Origin: Hydrolagus affinis
Lineage: Eukaryota
Reading direction: 5' to 3'
DNA length: 59,808 nucleotides
Assembly: GCA_012026655.1 (NCBI GenBank)
Contig: JAAILG010001942.1
Span: 1-59,808 of the forward strand
The notes beneath the pieces are model-generated. The model was given only the letters and a program-made list of their open reading frames with translations. It did no database searches and had not been told where the DNA came from. The translations under genes and the position numbers were made by a program. Shown here piece after piece: positions 11,273 to 22,341 of this stretch (positions are counted from its first letter, which is position 1; each line of letters opens with the position of its first letter).

Positions 11273-12088
11273 AAAATGGTTAGGTTAATGATCATGATTC
11301 ATGTTGAACAAGGAATGTCAATACCATTGCAAAACAAAGACTGAGGCTACCAATGAAGATACTGAATGATTTTTCTGTATATATGTGTATTACAAATAAT
11401 TGTTATTTGTTATTTATGAAATATGTGATGTGATAAAGTCCATACAGCCATTATTTAACTGCTGACATTCAGTATAGAAAACATGCATTGGACATCAGCA
11501 GCTGTGTTTGAGGAAGGAATATTCGTTTTGATACAAAAATATAATTAAAATGTTACCTCACGATTGCATATTATGTGCACGGTCAAATTGAATTTCACAC
11601 TTTATGATAGAAGAGGTATTTCAGTGGTGTTGGAGTATATCTGGAGACCTGGAGATCTGCAGACCTGGAATTTATAATAGCAAAATTCAAATGTGCAGCC
11701 TACAGTATGGCTTTTCTAATGCCTTTTCTTCCTCCTCTGATTGTTGTCTCCACAAAACGGCATCACGCTGGGGACACAGGTCAGTAAGGCACAGATTTCT
11801 AATAACTTATGGGCAATACTGCTTCGAGTTAATGAGGTGCTGTTGTGAAATAACATACATTATACATTGCCATTTATTACAAAGAAATAATTTTCAACAA
11901 TCGTCTTTCAAAACCTACCATGGTTACTAGAAACAAAATCTGATGTATTGAGGTTGGTTGAAAAACAAAACCATTAAAATAGTCCCTGAAGGATAGGAGA
12001 ACAGGCAGCCCCCCCCACCATTCCCCAGCAATGGAAAAAAAAATCGTAAAGTGTGTGAGTGCTATGAGATTGATATTGATAATAATTT

Positions 12089-12344
12089 AATAATAATAAT
12101 CCATGCATTTGATACAGCATTTTTCGCATCTTATAGATGGCTGAAAGCGTTTCACTGAATATACTGTAAAGTGAATTAACGTGTCCCACAAACAGTCATG
12201 GATTGAAGTGAACAATTTTTTTTGAGGGATTATTGTCAGGCGTGTGGAGTAAAGAAATTTGTCCAAGGTATCACCCTGCCTGGAATCGAACCTAGGTCTC
12301 TCGCCTCTGAGGCGATCGCACTGATCACTGAGCTACAGGACTCC
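12089..12344 (-). mobile_element. SINE family A, near full length with internal deletion
   Basis: ATT tail at left; ggaatcgaacc (B box reverse complement) and gagctacaggactcc at right. Confidence 0.9.
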
Positions 12345-12351
12345 ACGATCA

Positions 12352-12440
12352 GCTATACAAATGTAATTTGTTGTTACCAACAACAACAAACTACATTTAT
12401 ATAGCATGCCTTTCACTTTGGAAGGACTCCCCAAGGCTTT
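12352..12440. repeat. Two L2-type (GTT)n tails joined tail-to-tail
   Basis: gctatacaaatgtaatttgttgtt directly followed by aacaacaaactacatttatatagc. Confidence 0.7.
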
Positions 12441-12810
12441 GAATTGACACTCAAACTGAAGGCTCATCTTTGTAAAATGCTTTTGCCGTTTATAATCTGA
12501 ATAACTGCATTCTCATGTGTGAACTTTACATGTGGTTGTCTCTATGCTATTTATTTATCCCCTCTCGCCCTCCCCCATCCCCCTCCCCCCCACTCCCTGC
12601 AAACTGGCTTGATTCCATATTTCCACCCTATAGGGTCCTCTCTGTAAATGTGAAAAGAAAGGGCATTTGAACTTTTGCTTAGAATTCAATAGATCCTGAT
12701 CTGAAATCTGAGTTGATTAGGATGATTTAAGCAGCACCAAGTGATTTTGTCTTAATCTTCTGGATCCCTATAAGGGAAGGAAGGAAAGATCTGGGAAAGA
12801 CCCGCACAAA

Positions 12811-13215
12811 ACTCCGTAACCTCATCACACCAGTCCCTGACAGGCTCCATTGGCTCCCAATTACTGCACACATCGATTTCATGATCCTCTCACTCATTTT
12901 CAAATCCGTTCATGCCCTCACACCTTCCTACCTATGATTTGCTTACCCACCAATCCACCATCTGCTGCCTCCATTCGACTGGTTCTGATCTCCTAATGGT
13001 GGCCGAGCCTTCAGCCTCTACGGACCCAAACTCTGGAACTCTCTCCCTCAATCCGTCTATCTTGACACCCCCATCCCCACTTTCAAATCCTGTCTAAAGA
13101 CCTTCCTTATTACTTTGTTACCTCCCCACTCCCTCTCTCTTCACTTATTGAGGACATTTGTTTATGTTCTCTCTCCTCCACCTCCCAGCACATATAAATT
13201 ACATGTTCTGGTTGT
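12811..13215 (+). mobile_element. L2 LINE 3' fragment (decayed ORF2 C-terminus)
   Basis: ctccattggctccca (LHWLP), gccttcagc...ctctggaactctctccct (AFS..LWNSLP), ttcaaatcc..ctaaagacc (FK..LKT). Confidence 0.85.
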
Positions 13216-14106
13216 TCTACGCTTTAAGCAGCCAGAATCATTATTGGGTTTGCTCTGGTGGATGTGGTCCTGTTTATAGGCCGATTTATACGGAGTGAGT
13301 AACTAGACAAATGCACCAGATGGAAGCGTTTTTTTCTGGAATTACATCTTTTAAAGATACCCTTGTTCTTCCGAAGGTTTATTCTGCACGTCGCGTAGAA
13401 AACATGAAATCTTGGAACGCAAACTGTGATAATGAGGGGAAAGTATAGCTATTGTCAATGTCTGGTGAATATCAGTGCACCTGTAAGTTAATTAGTGGCT
13501 GACATTGGTGGGTTTGAAGTTCAGTATCCATGTCTTCGCTGTAGATAGTGAGAGAAATTTGGATGTACTGCAGTCTGTGATTGATGAGCCTTTGTGAGGC
13601 AAAATTGTTCTCTTGAAATCTGTTTACAAATATTCCAGTAGATTTATTCTCATATCCTGAAAAGTACTGGCAGTTTGCAGACAAACCACATCTTTTAGGC
13701 ATTGACCTCTCCATAAGTACAGGACATGCCAACATCAGCATCCTAACATTGAAGATCAGATGCTGACATGCCTCTATTTTTTTCAAGCACCACATGCCAT
13801 CTCTTGACTGAGAGGTTAGATGGCTGACTTGCTCCTACATCTCAATGAGTGTCATTTGAGGGATTCTCTGAGGAGCTGCTGGAGCATCTTTGTAAGGATG
13901 TGCCTGGCCTAACCTTGCCACCTATACATAGCATCAATGCTGTACTCAGTGGAGTATTATATATAAACACATATCGTATAATGTTTGCATTTCACTGTGT
14001 GTTATACTGGATTTCAGCTCCAATATCCACGAATCCTAAAGGATCTCTGACATTTTATTTTTTGGCATAAGCATTGTGTATGTATAAGTGCCTTCATTTC
14101 ACCAAC

Positions 14107-14625
14107 ATTGCTGTGTATAAATTGGCTACCATGTTCGGCTCCAATTATACAGCCACTACACTCTATGTCAGTGGTTCCCAACCTCGGGTCCCGACCCAAA
14201 TCATGGTTGCAGGGGTCCTCAGTTGGGTCATCAAGGGTCATCAATTTTTTGTTGTTTTTTAATGTTCAAAATGCTTTTTAATACTTAAAAAAAAGCACCT
14301 GAGGAGACACCGACGACCAATTTGTATGAAAGAGCGTACCTACGATTTACGCTGAGTCCACAAAAGAGACGGGGATAATGGGAATAACGTTTTGGCTGAG
14401 CTTCGTGCCAATCGCGATGTTGACCCCTAGGGGTGGGAGGACCTGTTGGACGCTAATTTGGGTCGTAGCAAAAAAAATTGGGTCGCGAAGACCTGTTGGT
14501 GGTTAATTTGGGTCGCAGCAAAAAAAGATTGGGAACCACTGCTCTATGGCAATATCCTGTGAAGCACTTTTGAGATGTTTTGACAACTTGATAAGGCATT
14601 ACATCAAATATAAGGATTATTATTA
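14107..14625 (+). mobile_element. SINE 3' part interrupted by a hAT MITE
   Basis: cattgctgtgtataaattggct before the MITE; ctgtgaagcacttttgagatg...ggattattatta after it. Confidence 0.8.
14169..14541. mobile_element. Non-autonomous hAT (Charlie-like) DNA transposon
   Basis: TIRs CAGTGGTTCCCAA / TTGGGAACCACTG; 8-bp TSD ctctatgt (14161-14168) / ctctatgg (14542-14549); ~50-bp subterminal duplication. Confidence 0.9.
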
Positions 14626-15001
14626 ACCCTACAGCTAACTAAATAAATGCTTGCTTTTATTCTGTTCTTTAGTGGACATGAATAATAATTGGTTAGGAAA
14701 TCAGTCTGATTTTCTCAAGCTTATTCAAATCAAGTGACAATTCAATTTTTTTTAAAGTAAGCTGTAACATATCACTTAGCAATAATTATTCATGTTTGAC
14801 CAAACCAAAAGTGGTAGATGGTTTCCACAACTGCAATAAAGCAGCTATATCTGAATGAACAGATGTACTTGTGGCTTCCTGACAGTGAGATTTTAAGTGT
14901 GTGTGTATCTCGAGTTTAAACCTACCACTTATAATAGTATGAAGTAGCAGTGGTGAGAAATTCCCTTGCAGAGCATGCTGTCTGATATCTTTGGTATGGT
15001 G

Positions 15002-15395
15002 CAACAACAATAAAATTTGTAGAGCGTCGGGAGGACATCAGGGGCTGAACAGTCAGGGGCAGGACCTGAGCGGGGGGAGGGTGGGGGCAGGATTAGGATG
15101 AGGGAGGGGAGAGAGGTGGTGGGCCACTGAAGGCAAGGTTGAAGAGGAGGGTCTTGAGACTGGTCTTGAAGGAAGAAAGGGAGGGAGCAAAGCGAAGGGA
15201 TTGGGGCATGGAGTTCCAATGCGTAGGGGCAGAGAGGCTGAAATCCCGGCTGACGATGGTAGGGAGGGTCAGGTGGGAGACATGGAGCAAACCGGAGCCT
15301 GTTGAATGAAGGGAGCGGACAGGTTGATAGGGGGTCATCAGGTCAGAGAAATAGAAGAGGGCAAGGCTGTGGAGGGCCTCGAAAGTGAGGACAAG
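15002..15395 (-). mobile_element. L2 LINE 3' fragment
   Basis: ORF 15093..15461 contains LTFEALHSLA..YFSDL..PYQPVRSLHS..FSLSAPTHWNSMP..SFKTSLKTLLF, typical L2 ORF2 C-terminus; GTT tail. Confidence 0.9.
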
Positions 15396-16563
15396 TTGCA
15401 GTCCCACTATTACACTGCACCAGTGAAAGTTTCCAGTGAATGTTTGTAAAAGCTTGTTCAAAATTCCAGTTTGGAATGACTTTAGTTCAGATCATACATT
15501 TGCAGTACTTTGTTCAAAGATGCTCTGTACTTCAGATTTGGAACTTAAGAGTAAAACTTCTTTATGAAGTTCCATGCGTCCTTTGATCCATTTGCTGTGC
15601 CACACATCATTCGTAACCAAGAGATCTGGAACAAACTTTCGCTCAAGGTCTGTTTGAAATAGGCTATTAGAGTATGTAGAGTGGGATAGTAGCAGTATGA
15701 AGGCAGGTTTGTGATACACTAATGCATGTTATATTGCAATGTGGTTGACCCCCTTGAAAACCTTGTCATTCTATTGTATTATAGGCACTTTATTGACCCA
15801 GTCCTACACGTAAGATACTTTTATCAAATGCAAGAATTATCATCTGTATTTTGGTGTTAAAAATGTGTCTCAGGAATGTACAGATAGAACTCCAAGTACT
15901 TTAAATTCATCTGAACATGCTCGCCTTATCTCGCATACCATACAAGTAGCATTGCATGTTATATATGGTTGTTGTTAGCAATATTAATATGTTGCAGTCA
16001 AGAATGTGGTTTATCTAGCTCTTAGTTTCGTGCAATGCTGGAGGATTGAGATAGATTATTTGAACCCACAACCCTCTGGAGAATAGTGAACCAGGCTGAC
16101 TCCAAATATTATAGCATTTAGGTTTATACTAAAGTAACATCTGTACTGATGTTTGAGTCGTTATATCACTGTAGGCTTGCCAGTAGACCAAGTGTTAAAC
16201 ATTAAAGAGTATTAGTTTGGCATTTCATACACAAAGTCTGCAATACAAAATTATCTTTTAATTGTATCATGATTGAGACTAATTTGGTAAACTTGCTCCA
16301 AGTCCATAAGACTAGAGCATGTGTCAAATAGAAATGTCATGCTTGTTACGTGGGTTAGAGGTGAGGTATATTGGCAACATGATGCAGTTTAACATTACAC
16401 CAGCCCAATATTCCTAGCACAGCCACTGTAAAGCTGCTCTGTATGCTCTTTAGATTCATTTGACTGGTCACAGTTAAAAGCTATGATCAAGCACAGTAAC
16501 TTTAATCGCACAAAGGTTTTGAATGGTGATTATGACAGAATAATTTTGTTCAAACAAAAGTAT

Positions 16564-16703
16564 ACTCTGTGTGCAGTTGGCTGCCATGTTTCGTCCAGAA
16601 AATATACAGTCACTCCATTTTACAGTATATTCTGTGAAGCATTTTAAGATGTCTCAATGACATGATAAGGCACGATATCAAATGCAAGGGTTATTATTAT
16701 TAT
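16564..16703 (+). mobile_element. SINE family A 3' fragment
   Basis: gttggctgccatgtttcg...tacagtatattctgtgaagc...atcaaatgcaaggg(TTA)n. Confidence 0.88.
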
Positions 16704-17519
16704 AGATGAGTGATGCATATTTTGACGAGTTCTAACTGCTGATGTCTGCTGTAATTGCTGACGCTGATTTTGTTTCTGCTGGCAGGAAAACAAACGATTC
16801 AGGCTTTTTGTTGTGTCTCATCGTGGGGATTAAATGCATTTGATGCAGCACTGCATTTGTGGCCTGTTTTGTATAAGGATTACAGAAAAAAAACTGCAGC
16901 AAGCTGCCTGCGGTCCTGGTACGAGGTGTTTCGTGGGTAAATTCTTAAAGGGGCACTGCCCATGTCAAAGTGAAACATGATAAGTTGTCCTTTTGTTCAG
17001 GAAGAGAGAAGAGCTGTGCTTTCCTGCTGTATTTCCATTTTGTGGTGATGTGCTTTGATGATCTTTACAGATGAACAACATGGTCAAACAGATTTCTCGT
17101 GAAGGCTCCATCCCTTTAAATACAGAATTGTGCTGTGTCTGCCTGTATTCTTTCTTCCTCTCTTTCCCTCCACACCGCCCCACTCCAGCACTAGTGTCCT
17201 ATTATTCACGGTTCGTACATATATCACAAATTTAAGACCGTTAATCTGGGAGCCATTTTTTGCTAAGAGAAACTAAGGGTGTGGTGACATGTGGGGAAAT
17301 GCCATAAATTTAGTCTGCAGATTGGAGTACCATTTGGGGGGAAAGCTGATCACATTTTTCTTAATGACAATCACAAGAAGTATTTTTTGAAGAATGAACT
17401 TGTAGTCATTTGACTAATGTGATGTACTTTATGAACCTGACACAATAGTTATGCTGCTTCTGTGCATATCCCAATGTGCAGTTAGTAAATGTGCTGCACC
17501 AACTGTACTTGGTCTATTA

Positions 17520-17750
17520 CAGACCTGAACTATATAGGCTGCAATGGCCTCATGTTTGATCTCCAGTCTGCTGGAGTTTGGTAATCTCAACTAAACAGCA
17601 GTGGGTGTGATCAGAATTGACCTCAGCAAGGAAGGGACCAGAGTTTTGTTCCTGATCTGTTCCTAAGTTCTATCCACTGCCCACCAGCTGGAAGAGCACA
17701 ATGTAAATATCAGTTGCATGCAGGATCAGACTCTTCACGAGATTGTCCCT
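17520..17750 (+). mobile_element. Highly decayed, unclassified ancient SINE-like repeat
   Basis: Patchy similarity to 57520-57860 (aattgacctcagc / aattggacctgg; ccagagttttgttcctg / ccaggtttcctactcc). Confidence 0.35.
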
Positions 17751-18794
17751 AATAATGCAATTTTACCCAGTAAATTAATACCGGTGTTCATGTAATCACA
17801 CTGTAGAAAAAATAAATTAGCATTCTTGCCTTTAGGGTGTCAGAATACCTGAACCTATATTTCTTTTGATTCTTCCACTCTCTCCCTAAATTTAAAAATA
17901 AGTGTTGTCTTCACCATTTATTTCATTTCCAATTCAGCAATGCTCTACATTGTTTATGATACCCATTCCCTTAAGAGACTGACTTCCTGGCCTCTTTTAA
18001 TGCTGTTCTGAACTCCCTGATAGAACTTGTGGAAGATTAAGTGTGGGTGACTTGCTGTTTACCCCACTTCAAGGACAAACCATACAGCTTCTGTTCTTAA
18101 TCGCTTTTCCCCCACACCCAAGATGATCTGTCAGATCAGAGCCCTGCGGTGGAAATCGTTATGAGAGCTCATGCCTTACCAATCCATGCTATAATGTGTC
18201 GGTGCATCAAGTGGTGCATACAGGGATACAACCTCTGAGCTAAACAATGCATAAGCTTTAATTCCAGCTGAATTTTTAAACTTTATTGCTTCCTAACATT
18301 TACAATTGCAGCTTCTTAATTTTTCACGTTCCTAAATGTGTCCTTCCCTCTTTTCCCACCCCAACCCCCGGGGTACACTTTGTGTTTTTCATCTGGGAAT
18401 CTAAAGTGAGCACAGTGGCCTACTTAGTGGCTCTGCACATCACAGTTTGTCTGTCAAGATGTGTGTGTGATCGAGCGATATGAGCCGGCAGCCTGATGTT
18501 TGACCGGTAGCCCTGTATCACCTTTCTCTCTCTCCCTCTCTTAGATGTTCAACTAGTATTCTGTTTACTAGAATCCAATTGCACTTTTATTTAATGCTGG
18601 TGACGAGTCAGTGGGAACATTGTAAGTGCTATGCTCGAAAGGTTTGCCACAGCTGCAGTTACACTACATCTGGTGCAAAGACAAAGTAGTTTGACACTAA
18701 TCTCTCTGTGGTGTTCTTCCACCCCCACTCTCTGAATTAGAATCATGATCCTATAACTGCAGCAATGCACTAGGCTTTAGAGAGCTGAATGTAT

Positions 18795-19089
18795 AATAAC
18801 AATAATAATAATAATCCTTGCATTTGATATAGTGCTTTTCAGGTCTTCTAGACATCTCAAAGTGCTTCACAGAAAAAACTGAAGTGAATTTACTGCATAT
18901 TTGTGGGTAAAATGCAGCAGCCAATTGTGCACAGCAGTGTTTCACAAACGGTCATGGATTAAGTGATAAAATTATTATATTTTTTTCTCTTGAGGGATTA
19001 TTATTAGGCATGTGGCGTAAGGAAACTTGTCCAAGGTTTTGTCTGCTTGGAATTGAATCTAGGTCTCTTGCTTGCAAGGCGAGTGCTCA
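18795..19089 (-). mobile_element. SINE family A, near full length
   Basis: ATT tail, body, aaggaaacttgtccaagg, and part of the tRNA head (cttgcaaggcgagtgctc). Confidence 0.9.
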
Positions 19090-19237
19090 ACAACAACAAC
19101 AAAATTGCATTTCCTCTTAAAGAACAATGTGGCATTATAATATTACTATAATAATATATGATTATAGTATTTTGATTTTGATTTCTATCCAAAGCAGAAC
19201 AATTCAATGTTCTGTACAAATGAATGTAAGAATGTCC

Positions 19238-19638
19238 AATTAATAATAATCCTCCCATTTGGTATATAGCGCCTTATCTCATTGGAACAATGTCTTCTCA
19301 AAGTGCTTCAAGATTTACTGTGAAATGGAATGACTGTGTATTTGTAGGCAAACACAGCTGTACATTTGCGCATAGCAATGTCCCACAAACAGGCACGGAG
19401 TGAATGACTGATTTTTATATCCTGGAGTGTTGGCCAGGACTTCCTTCTCTTTTTGATTAGTACCGTGGAATCTTTAATGTCTACCTGGACTGAAGGATGA
19501 CACCTCTGACAATACAGCACACCCGCAGAATCACATTGGGAGTGTCAGCTTAGCCAATGTGATTCCAAGTGTCAATTTGGGATTTGAACCCACAACCTTC
19601 TGTATCAGGGGTGAGGGTGCTACCACTGGCGAAGCTGC
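19238..19638 (-). mobile_element. DeuSINE (SacSINE1-like), near full length
   Basis: Tail; ttgcgcatagcaatgtcccacaaacag; ttggccaggac; gagtgtcagc; ggatttgaacccacaaccttctg (B box reverse complement). Confidence 0.85.
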
Positions 19639-20191
19639 AATATTCAATGGACTGTTTTAGAGAAGAACAACACATACTATTTTGAGTAATGACAGGGAAA
19701 AGGTTAAACAGATCATAAAAAGAGCTTTTATGAACCAGATTTTAGATCTGTAAAAGACACTTGAGCAAATAAACTTGCACAGTCCAATCCAAATAGTTAT
19801 ACCAATTATTTGATAGAATATATTGTGGCATCTTTTTATTTAACCTTTGGAGAATGCTATTAAAGGAGTATTCAGATTTCATAGTTTGCACATGTCATAT
19901 ATAGGTTTAGTATTTCTTCACAGTAGGAGAGAATTTTTTTAGCTCAGTGGTTGTACCACTGTAAAAAACAGATTAATTCAGATCAACAGAGTATAAATAC
20001 TGTTACACCATTTCAACATAGTTGGAGGCTACATGTGTGACTCCATATCGATAGTCATAATCAATCAGTGACAAACGCTCCAATTAAAATGATCCACCAT
20101 ATCTAATACATGCGCAAGAATAATCATCGATTGAACTCCTCTATCTCTATACCACTGAATCATTCACATTGTCCTCTGAGTCTCCCTTTGC

Positions 20192-20481
20192 ATAACAATA
20201 ATAATCCTTGCATTTGATATAGCGCTTTTTCACATCTTATTGACGTCTCAAAGCGCTTCCCAGAATACACTGTAAAGTGAATTTACTGTATATTTTGGAT
20301 GAAACGCAGCAGCCAGTTGCACACAGCAGTGTCCCACAAACAGACCAATTTTATTATTGTGTTTTTTTTTGAGGGATTATTATTAGGCATATGGAGTAAG
20401 GAAACTTGCCCGAGGTTTCGCCCGGAACCTGTCTGGAATCTCACGCTTGTAAGGCGAGTGCTCTAACCACTACAGGACTCC
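20192..20481 (-). mobile_element. SINE family A, near full length
   Basis: Tail through to tacaggactcc; low divergence, retains CpGs. Confidence 0.92.
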
Positions 20482-20618
20482 ACATTACATTATGTACATT
20501 AACAATAAAAAAATTACATGTGTACAGCACTTTTCACATCAGGAGGATGTCCTGACGCACTACAGCTCAGGCTGAGCCAATTCACTGAATCACAATCATT
20601 TGCTGTGTGTTTTGTGTT

Positions 20619-21209
20619 TTGAAGCGCTCTGAGATGCCATCCGGCGTGGAGGGCGCGATATAAATCTTATCGACGTCTCAAAGCGCTTCATAGAATACAC
20701 TGTAAAGTGAATTTACTGTATATTTTGGACTTCTCTCCCCCATTACCCCAGTTCTTGCCAGACTTCACTGGCTCCCTATCCCAGAGAGAATCGACTTCAA
20801 GATCCTCACCCTTGTTTTCAAATCCCTCCACTCCTCTGCACCCCCCTACCTCTCTGATCTCCTCTCCCCCCAAACCAGCACCTGCTGCCTTCACTCCTCT
20901 GAGTCTGGCTTCTCCATGTCCCCCGAATCCTCCGCTCCATCCTCGGCGGCCGTGCCTTCAGCCACTGCTCCCCGAGGCTCTGGAACTCCCTTCCTCACTC
21001 CCTTTGCCTCATCCTCTCTCTTCCCAGTTTCAGGTCACAGTTGAAGACCTTTCTCTTCGACCGTGCTTTTGGTCACCTTTCTGCCCCTATCCCTGGCTCG
21101 GTCCCAGGATCTGCTATTGTGAAGCGCTCTGAGACGCCATCTGGCGTGGAGGGCACTATATAAATTGAAGTTGTTGTTTTGTATAAATCAAAGTAGTTAT
21201 TGTTGTTGT
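20619..21209 (+). mobile_element. Composite insertion: L2 tail copy + 66-bp copy of neighbouring SINE + L2 3' fragment
   Basis: Tail 20621-20665 resembles 21121-21165; 20664-20729 resembles 20234-20299; L2 ORF2 motifs (cttcactggctccct, ttcaagatcctc, ctctggaactccctt) at 20730-21065. Confidence 0.88.
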
Positions 21210-22055
21210 GTGTATGTGTATACCTCAATCATGGTGTAAGGTAGATTTGCCACTTTGGTCCTGCTGCCCCTAGGTGCTCAGCAAAATGCTGAGTTGGAGC
21301 AGTTAGTGTACTCGCCCTTCTTCAATTAAACAAAAGTTATTGATAACACTGTTTCCCTCTTTGTACTATTGTAACTGATTTTCAAGCCAGTGACCTCATG
21401 GTTTTGCCTCCAGTTTCTAATTTGCTGAATTATGGAACTCCTTTCTGGTCGGTACAGCTGGAAAGTATTCTTACTGTTGGGTGGGTGGATTCTGCTGATG
21501 GGTGCTGTATCTCCCTCCTCCAGAGAGTAATCAGCATTGGACGGAGAGACTCTGGATGATATCTATATCCTCCTCTCTAATTAAGACCTGTATGTATGCT
21601 GAAGCATATTGCTAATTCAGCACATTGTTGGAATTATGTAGCCTAAGTGCTGTTAAGCAGCTACTCTTATGTTGTCTGATGAGGGAATTCATTACTGATG
21701 TTATGTTTTTATGCTGGTGCCAAAGAGCTGCTGATGTGGGTAGGTAATAGTGAGTGAGAAGTGCTTCCAAAAGATTTGACAGCAATGGTGTACAAAGGCG
21801 AGCTTTTAATTAACCTTAAAAATTCAGGGGAAAAAAACTCCCACTCTGATGGTAGTATTCAAATCTCTATCAATTAAGGGAAAGTGACTTGAGTAGGAGG
21901 CTGCTAAGCAGAGATCCTTGAGTGCCAGTGTAAAGTTCTATCTCTCCCCCAATCCATTGTCATGATCATCCAATATACTCTTTGATACAGCTGCGTGCTT
22001 ATAGTACTACAGTAGTAAAATACTGTCCATAATAATGCAAGTAGCCTATGAATAT

Positions 22056-22341
22056 GGAGTCCTGTAGCTCACCTTACAAGCGTGAGAGCAGTGTTCAATT
22101 CCAGACAGGTTCAGGGCGAAACCTTGGACAAGTTTCCTTATTCCACACTCCTAAGAATAATCCCACCAAAAAAACCAATAATAAACTGTCATTACAATCC
22201 ACGACTGTTTGTGGGATACTGCTGTGTGCAATTGGCTGCCATGTTTCGCCCACATACAGTCAATTCATTTTTTTTAAAAAGCGCCTTGGGAAATCCTCCT
22301 GACGTGAAAGGTGCTATGCAAGTGTAATTTTGTTGTTGTTG
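22056..22341 (+). mobile_element. SINE family A copy ending in the L2 (GTT)n-type tail
   Basis: ggagtcctgtagctc head and family A body, but ends gcgccttgggaaatcctcctgacgtgaaaggtgctatgcaagtgtaattttgttgttgttg, like the L2 ends at 39990-40050 and 50600-50659. Confidence 0.88.

Noticed and set aside
11707-11730. miR-135-like sequence TATGGCTTTTC
   Set aside because: The match ends after 11 nt and no hairpin partner is visible.
16786-16936. Possible exon between tttctgctggcag and GG|GTAAAT
   Set aside because: Splice signals are only moderate and there is no other support.
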